A stretch of 64,000 nucleotides of DNA from Candidatus Binataceae bacterium. GTDB taxonomy: Bacteria; Desulfobacterota; Binatia; Binatales; Binataceae. Below are positions 19,528 through 30,100 of this stretch, piece by piece. The notes under the pieces are model-generated. The model saw only the letters and a program-made list of their open reading frames with translations. It did no database searches and was not told the origin of the DNA. The number at the start of each line of letters is the position of its first letter. Within the stretch, counting starts at the first letter, position 1. Both the position numbers and the translations under genes were made by a program. Location: positions 1,865 through 65,864 of the forward strand of contig JBOHWL010000192.1 in NCBI GenBank assembly GCA_050736615.1. The letters run 5' to 3'.

Positions 19528-19815
19528 CTATCCTTGACCTGTTCCCGGAAGCAAACACCGCCGCGATCACTCTGATCCCGCCAGAATCGTCAACGGCCGC
19601 GAAAAAATCTATCGCCCGCACCATCGGCGCGCAAGTGACTATGCCGCCGGCGGACAAGCGCGCCACCCGCAGGAGGCGCTGATCGCCCGTGAATGCGCGT
19701 GGCGTGTGATAACGATTGATTCCAATCGCTGATTATGGAAAAGCACAGATGGGGTCGCAGTGTATACAATTTGTGTCAGCGATTCGGCCAGCCCGAGTGG
19801 CCGGGGAGACCGAAG

Positions 19816-20940
19816 ATGGCGGAGCATTCATCCAATCAGACCAAGCTCAATCCACCTTTTCGGGCGGAACACATCGGCAGCATGCTGCGCCCGCCGGAGT
19901 TGTTGGCGGCGTTCAAGGCGCATCGCCGTGCCGCGATGGATCACAACGCCTTGCGCGAAGTCCAGGACCGCTGCATCGTCGAAGTAATCCGGCTGCTGGA
20001 AGAGGCGGGGCTCGAATCGATTACCGACGGCGAGTTTCGCCGCGGCTCATGGGCTTATGGCTTCGTCGAAGCGCTCGACGGTTTCATCAACTGCCCCTCT
20101 CCATGGAAATTCCATGACGACGAGGGCACAGCGTACGATATCGAGACCTGTTACGCGACTGCGAAGCTCAGGCGCACGCGGGGAATCACCACCGATGATT
20201 TTGAATTCGTGCGCCGCCATACGGCGCGCACTCCGAAGATCACGATGCCGTCGCCAAGCTTTATGCATTTCTTTCCGGGCACGGCCTGCGCCGACCCGGC
20301 TGTTTATCGCGACGGCGATGAATTCTGGGAAGACTTGCTGCGCGTCTACCAGGAGGAAATCGCGGCGCTGGCAGCGCTCGACGCAACCTATCTGCAGCTC
20401 GACGAAGTCCCCCAGGCGATGCTGTGTGACGCCAGCATCCGCGCGCAGACGCGGACGCTCGGCTTTGACCCTGGGCGGCTCAGCATGAAGTATATCGACG
20501 GCGTTAACCGTATTTTGAAAGCGCGGTCGGCGACGATGACCGTCGGCATGCACCTGTGCCGCGGCAATTTCCGTTCGCGATGGCTGGCGCGTGGCGGTTA
20601 CGAAGCTGTGGCCGAGCGCCTGTTCAACGAAACGGAAGTCGACGGATTCTTCCTCGAATATGACAGCGAGCGCGCCGGCGATTTCACTCCGCTGCGCTTC
20701 ATGCCTCGGCACAAATTCGCGGTCCTCGGGCTGGTCAGTTCCAAAACTCCGAAGCTCGAGGACAAGCGCGCGCTGCGCGGACGCATCGACGAGGCCAGCC
20801 GTTATCTGCCGCTCGAGCGCCTCGCCTTGAGTCCACAATGCGGTTTCGCGAGCACGGTTGGTGGCAATACGCTCTCAATCGAGGACGAGCGGGCGAAGCT
20901 GCGCCTGATTAGTGAAGTCGCGGCCGAAGTTTGGCGATGA
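19816..20940 (+). CDS. cobalamin-independent methionine synthase (MetE)-like single-domain protein
   Basis: PFRAEHIGSMLRP N-terminus typical of MetE-like UROD-fold proteins. Start chosen at the internal Met at 19816; the ORF maximum is 19735. Confidence 0.65.
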   Translation: MAEHSSNQTKLNPPFRAEHIGSMLRPPELLAAFKAHRRAAMDHNALREVQDRCIVEVIRLLEEAGLESITDGEFRRGSWAYGFVEALDGFINCPSPWKFHDDEGTAYDIETCYATAKLRRTRGITTDDFEFVRRHTARTPKITMPSPSFMHFFPGTACADPAVYRDGDEFWEDLLRVYQEEIAALAALDATYLQLDEVPQAMLCDASIRAQTRTLGFDPGRLSMKYIDGVNRILKARSATMTVGMHLCRGNFRSRWLARGGYEAVAERLFNETEVDGFFLEYDSERAGDFTPLRFMPRHKFAVLGLVSSKTPKLEDKRALRGRIDEASRYLPLERLALSPQCGFASTVGGNTLSIEDERAKLRLISEVAAEVWR

Positions 20941-21241
20941 ACCAGCATTCCATGCCGGCGGCCGGAACAGCGCGCTCGCGCTGCTCGAATGTTTTGCACA
21001 AACGAAATGAATTAGGCGGACGCTGTGCCAAAAAAGACGGCGGGCGATTGCGAAGCCATCCGCCGCTTGATTCAATTTTGTCTGTCCGAATCAGGAAACG
21101 ATGCTCGAATCGGCAATTTGACTTTTAGGATGACAAAGAACTTCGTCTTCCCCTTTGTGCGAACGATTGCAACTAACGCGAGCGCTCTTCCGAACCGCCG
21201 GCATGGAATGCCCCAGCGGCCAGACAAACGGAGATCCCCTC

Positions 21242-21529
21242 ATGTCCCGATCCGCTACTTCCATACCGCACCTAATCTTGATCGGAGGAAGCCTCGCTCT
21301 GCTGGTGTCGCTTGGCGGTTGCGCCGCACGGTTCAAAGATACCGCCCGGAATAATCCGGAATGCGCCACCGCAGCGCAAATCCGGCCGTCCAAAGTCAAC
21401 GACTGCCTGTCCGGCACGCGCCATCGAGACGAATTTAACACCTGTCTGGCTAGCCGCGGCGTACCGCCATGGCAACTCAAGCGCTTCAACGGTTGTATCG
21501 ACGCCCGTCGTCATAGCGGCATCTTTTAG
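21242..21529 (+). CDS. small hypothetical lipoprotein
   Basis: Signal peptide with an LGGC lipobox and 4 further Cys residues. No family recognised. Confidence 0.4.
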   Translation: MSRSATSIPHLILIGGSLALLVSLGGCAARFKDTARNNPECATAAQIRPSKVNDCLSGTRHRDEFNTCLASRGVPPWQLKRFNGCIDARRHSGIF

Positions 21530-21561
21530 TTAGCCAGGTCCGCGCGACAGCCGCATGATTC

Positions 21562-23994
21562 TCAGCCGGCCGCCGCCGTGCGCTCGCGCGCCGTGGCGCC
21601 TTCATATTTCGCCACAAACCGCGGCCGCCACCAGGATACGAACGAAGGTAGAATCAAAACGCCCGCGATCATGTTGGTGAACATCAGGAAAATCAACAGC
21701 AGGCTCATCTCGTTGTGAAACATGATGGGTGAAAACGCCCACGGCAGCACACCGCCGACCATTACCGCAAAGGTGCTGAACACGGCGCTGCCGGTGGTCT
21801 TGAAGGCTGTCAAAATCGCGCCATCAACACTCATGCCGTTGATAACTTCGTCGCGTACGCGGGCGATGGTATAGATGCCGTAGTCCACGCCCAGGCCTAT
21901 GCCTAGCGAGATCACCGGTATCGTATCGATGGTGATACCGATATTGCGGCCGTTCATGTAAACGAAGGCGCCGAAATTGGCCATAATACATGAGACGATA
22001 AACAGACCGGCCGCGACCAGCGACTGAAACGTCACCGCGCAAAACAGAAAGATGATCGCCAGAACTACGGTGATATTGAGAAAATCGAGCTGGTAGAGCA
22101 CATCATTCGCCGCCAGATATAAGCCCGCCTCACCGCCGAGATAATGCACCTGGATATGGCTCAGTGCTGGATCGCTCGCCACGCGCGAGGCGATGAAACT
22201 ACGGATATCGGCGCGTACCCGATTCAAACGATCGTAGGTGTGGTCGGGCAACAGCACGCGAATACATGAGTTGGTCATATGGGGCGAATAAGCGAAGAAT
22301 CGTTGAATCTCGCCCGGCGCGGTGCCCGCGAAGAACATATACCACAAGTTCCCGCCCAGCTCGGTGCCGCTGGGAATCATGCGGTATTTCGGAAAACCAT
22401 AATGGAAAATCGAATTTAGTGGCTTGATCGCTATGCTGGCGAAGGAAACCACCGCGGACGCATCGCCGCGCTTGACCAGATACGCCCCCATATCGTCGGT
22501 CATCCGCAGCACGTCGGGTCCGATAGCTGACTGCGGGTTGGGGTAATCATAGGGCGTGGTCAGCACCACCCAGCCTTCGTCGGTCGGAAAAAACTTGGCG
22601 ATTTCGGCGATATCTTGATTGACCTTGGCGCCGGGACGATAAAGCGGCGTGCCGATGGTGTTGTAGCCGATATGCGCGCGCTTACCCGAAAAGATGCCGA
22701 AGATGATAAAAGCCGCGCCGCCCGCCAGCAACACCGTGCGGATGATTCCAGGCGTGATGGGCACATGCTCGAGCCATTCGATCGCGCCGTTGAACGGTTT
22801 CCAGAACGCCTCGTTGACGGAACGTGGCCATAGACGCCGTTCCTTGATGCTCGGGCGCGGCAGGTAGCTCATGAAGATCGGCTGGAAAATGAACACCATG
22901 GTAAGACTGGCCGCCAGCCACACCGCGCCGCCCAGGCCAATCTCCTTGAGCGCCGGAATTCCGCCGAAGGAAATGAAAATGATTCCGGAGATATCGGCCG
23001 CGATCGCAAGCGCCCCCGGCGGCAGCATCAGGTCAGTGGTGACGGCGCAGGCGGCTTGCTTGTCGTTAAGCCGATCCAGTTCATCGTAATAGCGGCCCTG
23101 CCATTGAATCCCATGGCTCAAGTCGCGCGCGCTCAAGATGAACGGGATAACCATCATCACGGGGTCGAAGTTGTAGCCCATCAAGCTGACAAACCCGAGG
23201 CCCCACAAAGCCGAAAAGGAACCGGTCAGCGCGGGCGCCCACCAACTGCTGCGCTCGCCCAGGCACATATATAAGAGGATCAGCATCACCGCGATCGAGA
23301 CGAAGAAAATGATCGAGATGCGCGGCAGATAGTAATAGCTCCAGCCGGCGATGACCGGTTCGCCGGCAACATAAATCGAGGTATTGGCGTTCTGGTATTT
23401 GTGAATTATCGCCTGGATGTCCTTGAACAACAGGGCGTAATTGAGCGTATTCTCGCTGAACGCGGCGGTTATCAAGGCGCCCTTCAAATCGCCCGTCACC
23501 AGCCCCGCGACTGGCTCGCGATGGGCCATCACCTTGTGCCGCAATTCTTCGATACCGGCGGCCGTGGTTGGCACGTTGGGATACATGAACGTGCGCGAGA
23601 TTATCGCGCCCGGCACCGCCTCGGCGTAGGCCACGCGATACGAGGCCAGCGAGAAAATTTCGTTGTGGTCGACACCGGGCAGGATGTTGACCTCGCGGGT
23701 GATGTCCTGGATGTCCTTGAGGGTCTTGTAATTAAAGATGTCGCCCTGTTTGACCCGCAGCATCAACGCAAGCTTTTGCGCGCCGCCATACTGATACGAG
23801 TACTTGCGGTAAAGCTTAACGTCTTCATGTTGAGCCGGGAAAAAATTCTCGAATTTGGTCGCAATTCGAACATGCGCGGCCCAGTACCCCATGAAGGCGG
23901 TAATGCCGAGCAAGACAATCCCTATGATCGCCCGATGCCGCAGAACAAACTCGCCGACGTGCAGCGTCTTGCCGCTCGTGCTTGATGCCATCAA
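21562..23994 (-). CDS. RND-superfamily / MMPL-type exporter, HpnN-like
   Basis: ~810 aa with 12 TM and two large periplasmic loops (MMPL/SSD architecture). It is the same family as the hopanoid transporter HpnN. Confidence 0.65.
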   Translation of the reverse strand: MMASSTSGKTLHVGEFVLRHRAIIGIVLLGITAFMGYWAAHVRIATKFENFFPAQHEDVKLYRKYSYQYGGAQKLALMLRVKQGDIFNYKTLKDIQDITREVNILPGVDHNEIFSLASYRVAYAEAVPGAIISRTFMYPNVPTTAAGIEELRHKVMAHREPVAGLVTGDLKGALITAAFSENTLNYALLFKDIQAIIHKYQNANTSIYVAGEPVIAGWSYYYLPRISIIFFVSIAVMLILLYMCLGERSSWWAPALTGSFSALWGLGFVSLMGYNFDPVMMVIPFILSARDLSHGIQWQGRYYDELDRLNDKQAACAVTTDLMLPPGALAIAADISGIIFISFGGIPALKEIGLGGAVWLAASLTMVFIFQPIFMSYLPRPSIKERRLWPRSVNEAFWKPFNGAIEWLEHVPITPGIIRTVLLAGGAAFIIFGIFSGKRAHIGYNTIGTPLYRPGAKVNQDIAEIAKFFPTDEGWVVLTTPYDYPNPQSAIGPDVLRMTDDMGAYLVKRGDASAVVSFASIAIKPLNSIFHYGFPKYRMIPSGTELGGNLWYMFFAGTAPGEIQRFFAYSPHMTNSCIRVLLPDHTYDRLNRVRADIRSFIASRVASDPALSHIQVHYLGGEAGLYLAANDVLYQLDFLNITVVLAIIFLFCAVTFQSLVAAGLFIVSCIMANFGAFVYMNGRNIGITIDTIPVISLGIGLGVDYGIYTIARVRDEVINGMSVDGAILTAFKTTGSAVFSTFAVMVGGVLPWAFSPIMFHNEMSLLLIFLMFTNMIAGVLILPSFVSWWRPRFVAKYEGATARERTAAAG

Positions 23995-24189
23995 CTAGTT
24001 CTCCCGTTGTCCCACTCGGTGCGCAGGGATTTTTCGCCACGCATCCGCCGCGACCCCCCGATCTCCGACGCACCGCAAACATTCTGACGTATCATCCCAT
24101 AACGGGCATCGCAAGGCGGCTAAATTTATGCTTCACTTGTCCACCACGAGCATCTGAGGCAGGGTCCTAGTTATGCCGGCGCAGACGCG

Positions 24190-24672
24190 GTGCGGCTCAG
24201 AATACCTTCACAATGCGTCCACAAAGCGCATATGGGAAGCTCCCTCGACGCAAAACCGCCGTGTAAGTTCACAGCGCGCGAACTCATCAGGCGCAGCCAA
24301 GCGCCATATCAGGTTCCACAATATACAAATCCGGGCGGAGACTGGCAGTATTCGCATACGAATTTCGTGATGCTGGGCTCAATCCCGCAGAAAGTCACCG
24401 GCCGGAAATACGGCACGCTGGTCTCAGATCTGATCACGAAACCGCGAGGGCTACAGAATACCATCTTTCCCTCCACGCCCAAGGTTCAAAAACCGGTGCT
24501 ACACGCCTTTACCTCCGAGCGCGGAGTATACGACGTAAATCGATCCGTTTGTCCCTCTCGTTCACCTGAAAATGGCAAGATCTTTGCTCTAGTTGGCGGA
24601 ACCTTCTTGAGAAACAAGGATTCCGTCATTCAGATAGCGCTGACCTACTGTCAAAGCTCCGTGACTTTTTAG
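24190..24672 (+). pseudogene. fragment of a beta-lactamase-family serine hydrolase
   Basis: YSHTNFVMLG....G(R)KY...L....I..P.G...T.F matches the central YSNTNY region of class C/PBP-like hydrolases. No N-terminal SxxK region is present. Local GC is lower than the surroundings. Confidence 0.4.
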
Positions 24673-24722
24673 AAATTTCCGTCGATTGACGTTGGCGTGC
24701 GCCGACGCATCGTGGTTTAGGA

Positions 24723-25856
24723 TTGGAGATGAGTAATACGCGCCAACGTGACTTTCGACTCGATTTTTGCCGCGGACTGGCCTTGATTATTATTTTTATC
24801 GATCACGTTCCCAACAATCCGCTGTCGAATTTCACTCTGCGAAATTTCTCGTTCTGCGATGCGGCCGAAATTTTCGTTCTAATTTCCGGCATGGCTTCAT
24901 ATCTGGCTTATGGCTCGCGTTTCGACCAGCATGGATTTCTCCACTGCGCCAAAGCGATTGGAAAACGCTGGATTAGAGTCTACTTCGCGCATCTGATTCT
25001 GTTTGCCACCGTTGCGGGTTTCGTGCTACTCGCGTCGCACTATTTTTATGGCGCCGATTATGTTGGGTCGCTCAAGCTGGATTGGCTGGTGCGAGAGCCG
25101 CAAAAGGCGGCAGCCTCGGCACTGACCCTCACGTACTTGCCGCGCTTGTTGGATATTCTGCCGCTCTATTTGGTGCTGCTGGGAGTGGCTCCGCTCTTCA
25201 TACTGATGGTTAAACGAGACTATCGCGTCGCTCTGACTGTATCGGGCGCGCTTTATCTCGCGACCTGGATGAGCGGCTGGAATCTCCACGCGGGGGAAGG
25301 CCGCGACTGGTACTTCGATCCGTTCGCATGGCAATTTTTGTACGTGCTTGGCATGGCCGTGTGCCATCTGAGCCGCAACGCCGCTGGCAGACCGCGATGG
25401 GACAAACTGTGGCTGTCGGCCGCGGTCGGATTTTTAGCTTTCGCGCTTTTCATCGGATGGTTGGCCAACGGCGTCGGTATCACGCACGCGGCTCCGGTGT
25501 CTTACGTTTGGCCGGCCGACAAAACCTTCTTATCGCCATTGCGGGTGATCAACGTAATCGCATTATTGTATGTCTTCGGCTATTTCGTCTCGCCTCAAGC
25601 TCCTTGGCTGAAAACCTGGCTCGCCGGCCTGTTCCGCGCGTGCGGGCGCCATTCATTATCCGTCTATGGCTTCGGCGTAGTGCTGAGCTGCGCCGGTTAC
25701 GTGGTGATGAGCGAGAGCCAAGCGAATCCGCTGGCGAGCGTCATAGTAAATTCGTCTGGTATCGCCGTCACAATTCTGCTGGCGCTGGCACTCGACTGGC
25801 GAAAAGGAAAGGTGGTGACGGCCGCAAGCGCGGCGCCAATAAAGGCCGCCGTCTGA
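24723..25856 (+). CDS. OpgC-like (DUF1624) membrane acyltransferase-family protein
   Basis: RDFRLDFCRGLALIIIFIDH N-terminus and ~10 TM helices at 377 aa. Confidence 0.5.
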   Translation: MEMSNTRQRDFRLDFCRGLALIIIFIDHVPNNPLSNFTLRNFSFCDAAEIFVLISGMASYLAYGSRFDQHGFLHCAKAIGKRWIRVYFAHLILFATVAGFVLLASHYFYGADYVGSLKLDWLVREPQKAAASALTLTYLPRLLDILPLYLVLLGVAPLFILMVKRDYRVALTVSGALYLATWMSGWNLHAGEGRDWYFDPFAWQFLYVLGMAVCHLSRNAAGRPRWDKLWLSAAVGFLAFALFIGWLANGVGITHAAPVSYVWPADKTFLSPLRVINVIALLYVFGYFVSPQAPWLKTWLAGLFRACGRHSLSVYGFGVVLSCAGYVVMSESQANPLASVIVNSSGIAVTILLALALDWRKGKVVTAASAAPIKAAV

Positions 25857-25920
25857 TGGCTCCGGCCGAATGCCTTATTTGCGCAACGCGCGGTACCGAA
25901 TCGGTTGAGCTTGCTCGCGA

Positions 25921-27012
25921 TCAAGCATGCCAGGGTTCGACCAGAATCTTCGCGTGAGTCTCGGGCGAAGCCAATTCGTCGAACGCCCGCGCCACTCCTT
26001 CAACTCCGATTTTTCCAGTAATCAGCGGGTCGGCGTTGACCTTGCCCTCGGCGAGGTCACGCAGCGTTTGGGCAAACTCCTGCGCCGAATAGCCCAGCAC
26101 GAATTGGATATTCAATTCCTTGTTGATTCCGAACAGCGGCTGGATCTGATCAGTTTCCATGCAAACCCCAACAACCACGAGCCGCGCGTTGGCGGGCGCC
26201 GACAACATGATTGAATCGATCACGCCCGGCACACCGACGCATTCGAATATCACCGCGGGCCGCAGCGCCGGTCCCTGGAACCACGGGGGCAACGGCGGCG
26301 CTTTGGCCGGATCCTGATAGGCGGCCATCTCGCGCCAACTCGCAAATGGCGATTTCTCTTTCGGATCGATCACCGCGTCGGCGCCCATTTGCCGCGCCAG
26401 TTCCCGGCGCCGCGGCGAAAAGTCCGCCGCCACGATCGGTTGCGCCTGCGCGGATTTCAGCGCCGCAATAACCGCCAGTCCGACCGGACCGCACCCAATT
26501 ACCAATGGCGCATCATCCGTTTCCAGGCGGGCTTTGCGCACGGCGTGATAACCGACCGACATCGGCTCGGTCAGGGCGGCGCGTTCGGTCGAGAGGCCGT
26601 TGGGAACCTCGAGGAGCAAGCCTTCGGTCAGCCGCATAAACTCACCATAGCCGCCCGGATTCTCATTCGAATACCCGACGGTCTCGACGCCGGTTTGCCT
26701 GATCAGCACCGGCATCGAGCAAACCCGCTGTCGCACTTTCAGGCGGCGTTGAGCGCCAGTGCCGAAATCGACCAGTTCGGCGCAGAACTCGTGACCCATC
26801 ACAACATCACGCTGCAAGTCTAAACCCATCACGAAGCCTCCGCCGGCGCGCCGCGACAAATCGACCAGCTTTTCCGCGTGCTTGAGCGTATGCAGGTCCG
26901 AGCCGCAGATACCGCAAGCGAGGGTCTTCACCAGCACCTCTCCGGGACCGGGCTGTGGCACGGGAATGTCATCAACGACGAGCTTTTGATTGCGCATTAT
27001 GGTCGCGCGCAT
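25921..27012 (-). CDS. zinc-dependent medium-chain dehydrogenase/reductase (alcohol/threonine dehydrogenase family)
   Basis: CGICGSDLH catalytic Zn motif, GHEF, and a GxGxxG Rossmann motif. The ORF maximum extends to 27120. Confidence 0.85.
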   Translation of the reverse strand: MRATIMRNQKLVVDDIPVPQPGPGEVLVKTLACGICGSDLHTLKHAEKLVDLSRRAGGGFVMGLDLQRDVVMGHEFCAELVDFGTGAQRRLKVRQRVCSMPVLIRQTGVETVGYSNENPGGYGEFMRLTEGLLLEVPNGLSTERAALTEPMSVGYHAVRKARLETDDAPLVIGCGPVGLAVIAALKSAQAQPIVAADFSPRRRELARQMGADAVIDPKEKSPFASWREMAAYQDPAKAPPLPPWFQGPALRPAVIFECVGVPGVIDSIMLSAPANARLVVVGVCMETDQIQPLFGINKELNIQFVLGYSAQEFAQTLRDLAEGKVNADPLITGKIGVEGVARAFDELASPETHAKILVEPWHA

Positions 27013-27151
27013 ATCGGACCATCCTTTTCCCTGGCCGGCGATTCGTTCTGGGCCACGGCTGCGAACAGGCTTAATCGAAAACGGTTTTTTTGCAACAGCC
27101 GCTTCGCGGGATTCACTCAACGCGGATTTCTCAGGATCGCAAGGTGCGCGC

Positions 27152-30100
27152 TTATTGATGGATCAAGACCCGACTCTGCTCGCTTGCGGAGATTGCCGGA
27201 GCCGGTGCCGGAAGCGGCCAGCATAGCGCGGCGTGTGCCGGGACCTCGCCCGCGAAATCTGGAGTGGAATCGAGGTCGTCGATTTTAGTTTGCAGACCCT
27301 GTTGCGCGGCTTGGCTTTGCCGGGCGCGCAGCTGGCTCTGTTCAAGTTTAATCTCGCCGAGTTCTTTTTTGAGCGCGATTAGCTTGCGCAGATGCTGCAA
27401 GGGATCGCGCAAATCCGTGAAGCGGTAACCGAGATCGATCCACTTGATCCCGAGATTTAACAGGGCGCCCTGGTATTGGGGGAAATCCGCGGGTAAGAAG
27501 CGGTGCGAGCCGTCGGCGAAATCGCTCAAAAAATGAATAAAGCCGTCGGGACCGCCGTAGTGCACCAGCAGTTTCATGTTCTGCAGATGGATTTCCAATT
27601 TAGTATCGCCGCAAACCGAGGGTGAATAGCTAAATGTAAGTTGTCCGGGAAAATTGTAGTTCTTGAGCACCTGATTGCCCGACGCGCATTTCAAATTGAG
27701 CACCGTTTCATAAGGAAACGCGCGCGCGTCGCGATTGACGTTCGAAGGCAACCCGGTGAGCGTCACCTGATAGCGCGCCGCGGCCAAGGTCGCGATCTCG
27801 GGTTCGAAATTGGCAATTTGATTTGCGGCCTGATCGAGTTGGTTTTTCAACTGCGTCCGCGATTGCTGACGCTCGAGATCCCCCCGCTGCTGGGAGACGT
27901 TGAGCAAACGGCGGTGGTACAATGAGTTATCGAGAAAGGTGATGAAGTCCGGATCGAAGCTCACTCCGGCGCCGTTCACCCGCACTGCTGCATAGGCGCG
28001 CGCGTCGCGCCGTAGAAAGGGCGCCGCCGGACCGTTAGTGAAATTCCAGACCAGCCCCTTGGGTCCGAACAACAGATCGCTCAACTGGTTGCGCGACGCT
28101 GGGCTTTGCGTCTGCCATAATACGCTCGACTGCCACGCCGCCTGCAGACTGCATGCGGCTTGCTGATCCGCGTAATAACGAACCGAACGCAAAGGGCCGC
28201 CAACCACGGACCAGATGATCGGATCTTCGGCGGCCGTGCCGCTCACGACGGCTTTTTTCAAAGCCTCCAGTTTGCCATAACCGTCGTTCAGGCTCGACGG
28301 CGGAGCCGCGGGGTTGATCGCGAACGCATAGTAGTCGGCCGCGATTTTTTCCGCCTTGGCCTGATTGATCAACGTGTCGTGCGACAAGCCGCGAACCGCG
28401 TCCTGATAGGCGGCGAATGCCTTGGCGGCGTCAAGCGTCTGCCCCACCTGGCTTATTCCGCGCGCCGGATTTCCAGTCAGCGTATCCGCGACCACTGCGG
28501 GGCCGTTCACACTCAACGCGCCAGCGATCCGCGTGCCTCCTTTGAGCATACCCGCGGCTTGGCCAAGCTTCTGTGCGGCGGCGATTGCATGGAGCTGGGC
28601 AACCCAGGGTAGCGAATTCTGGTTGCCGAGTTCCTCATTCATGTGGCGCAGCAACTGGAAATAGGGGTCCGATCGCGTACCCACGATCGAGAGCAAGCTC
28701 TTCCACTGATTTTTACCACGCAATCGATTACGGCCCAGATCGAAGCTCGCGGCGAACGAGTACCAGGCTCCGTCACGTTTCTGCGCGTACCATTGCTCAA
28801 AGAGATCACGCCGCCGCTGCAATAGATTCTTGGACAACAACGCCTTGTGCAACTCTTGGATAAACGCGCCAATCGCCGCTTGACCCGAATTCGTATAGGC
28901 TGGCGGCACCGCGAGCGCTTCCGGTGGCAACCCCTCGCCGGGCCAGAAATCGGCCACTGTGACCGGTTTCAGGCCGGGTTGCAGGTTGGCCCAATCGATC
29001 AGCCAGCTCATATTCTCATTGCTCACCGCGAACAGGTTTCCCAACCTTTTTCTGAGCTGATCGACATAAAGCTCCTCGCTCAGATGATCGCGATTGAAGG
29101 CAAAATGCGCGGCGACGAACGTGCCGAACATCGGGCTCGCCGCGGCCATATCAATTTTAGGATCCAAATAGCCGAGCTCGGCGAGCGTCGGCAGCGGCAT
29201 GGCGATTAACTGATTGTAATCCGCACCCGCAAGACGCGCCTGGCCAAGGTTGGCGCGACGGGTCAGGTACTCGATAATGTCCGCATATTCCTTTTGCGGG
29301 GGCGCCTGCGAACGCAGCAGTTCATTTTCGCGATGGCGAATCATGCCGTCGGTTTCCGGCACGATATAGCCGTCGAAGGTCTTCAGAAATGATTGTTCGA
29401 ACGCCTGCTCGACGCGATACACCTTGCCGCTAAAGGGCAGCCAGGCGGCCGCTCCGTTTTCATTACGGCCGTTCATCCACAGAAGAAAGTCCTCGTAGCC
29501 TTTGAGCCGGTGCAAATCCTGATCAAGCACCCCCGTCATTACCGGCGTTTTCGGAAAGAGGCTTCGGGCAACCTCCAGATTGTTGAGCGCACGAATGAAC
29601 GCGGCGGAAAGCAGCGCGATCAATACCCCGGCGAACACCAGCCAAGACATCAAGCCGATGCTTTTGGTCACCTCGTCCCAGCGCCAGGTAGTATTGAGCG
29701 GCCGCGCCAGCGTACGTTCCGACGGCAGGATTAGGGCAAAGAGATCATGCAGGAAAAAGCTTCTGCTCGTGCCGGGCAGCTCACTGGTGCGGTCCTCGGG
29801 CGCAAGACTGCCCAGCAGGTGTGAGTCCGCCTTGCCCTGTTGCTCGCCACTGCCGAAGAACAGGCCGCGCAGATAAGCCGTTTCCAGATATGGATTGGCC
29901 CCGAAGACACCCCCAAGCAGAACCCGCAGACCCAGGTTAAGCTGTTCGAATTCATCGGGAAAGGCCAGCAACGACGGCTCGGCGGGATCGCCCCGGCTCA
30001 GGATTTCGAAACGCAAATCGCGCAGCCGTCCACCCACCTGCTCCATCGCGTGATCAACGAACTCATCGATGGTCCGTCGCCGATTCTCGCTGGAATCGTC

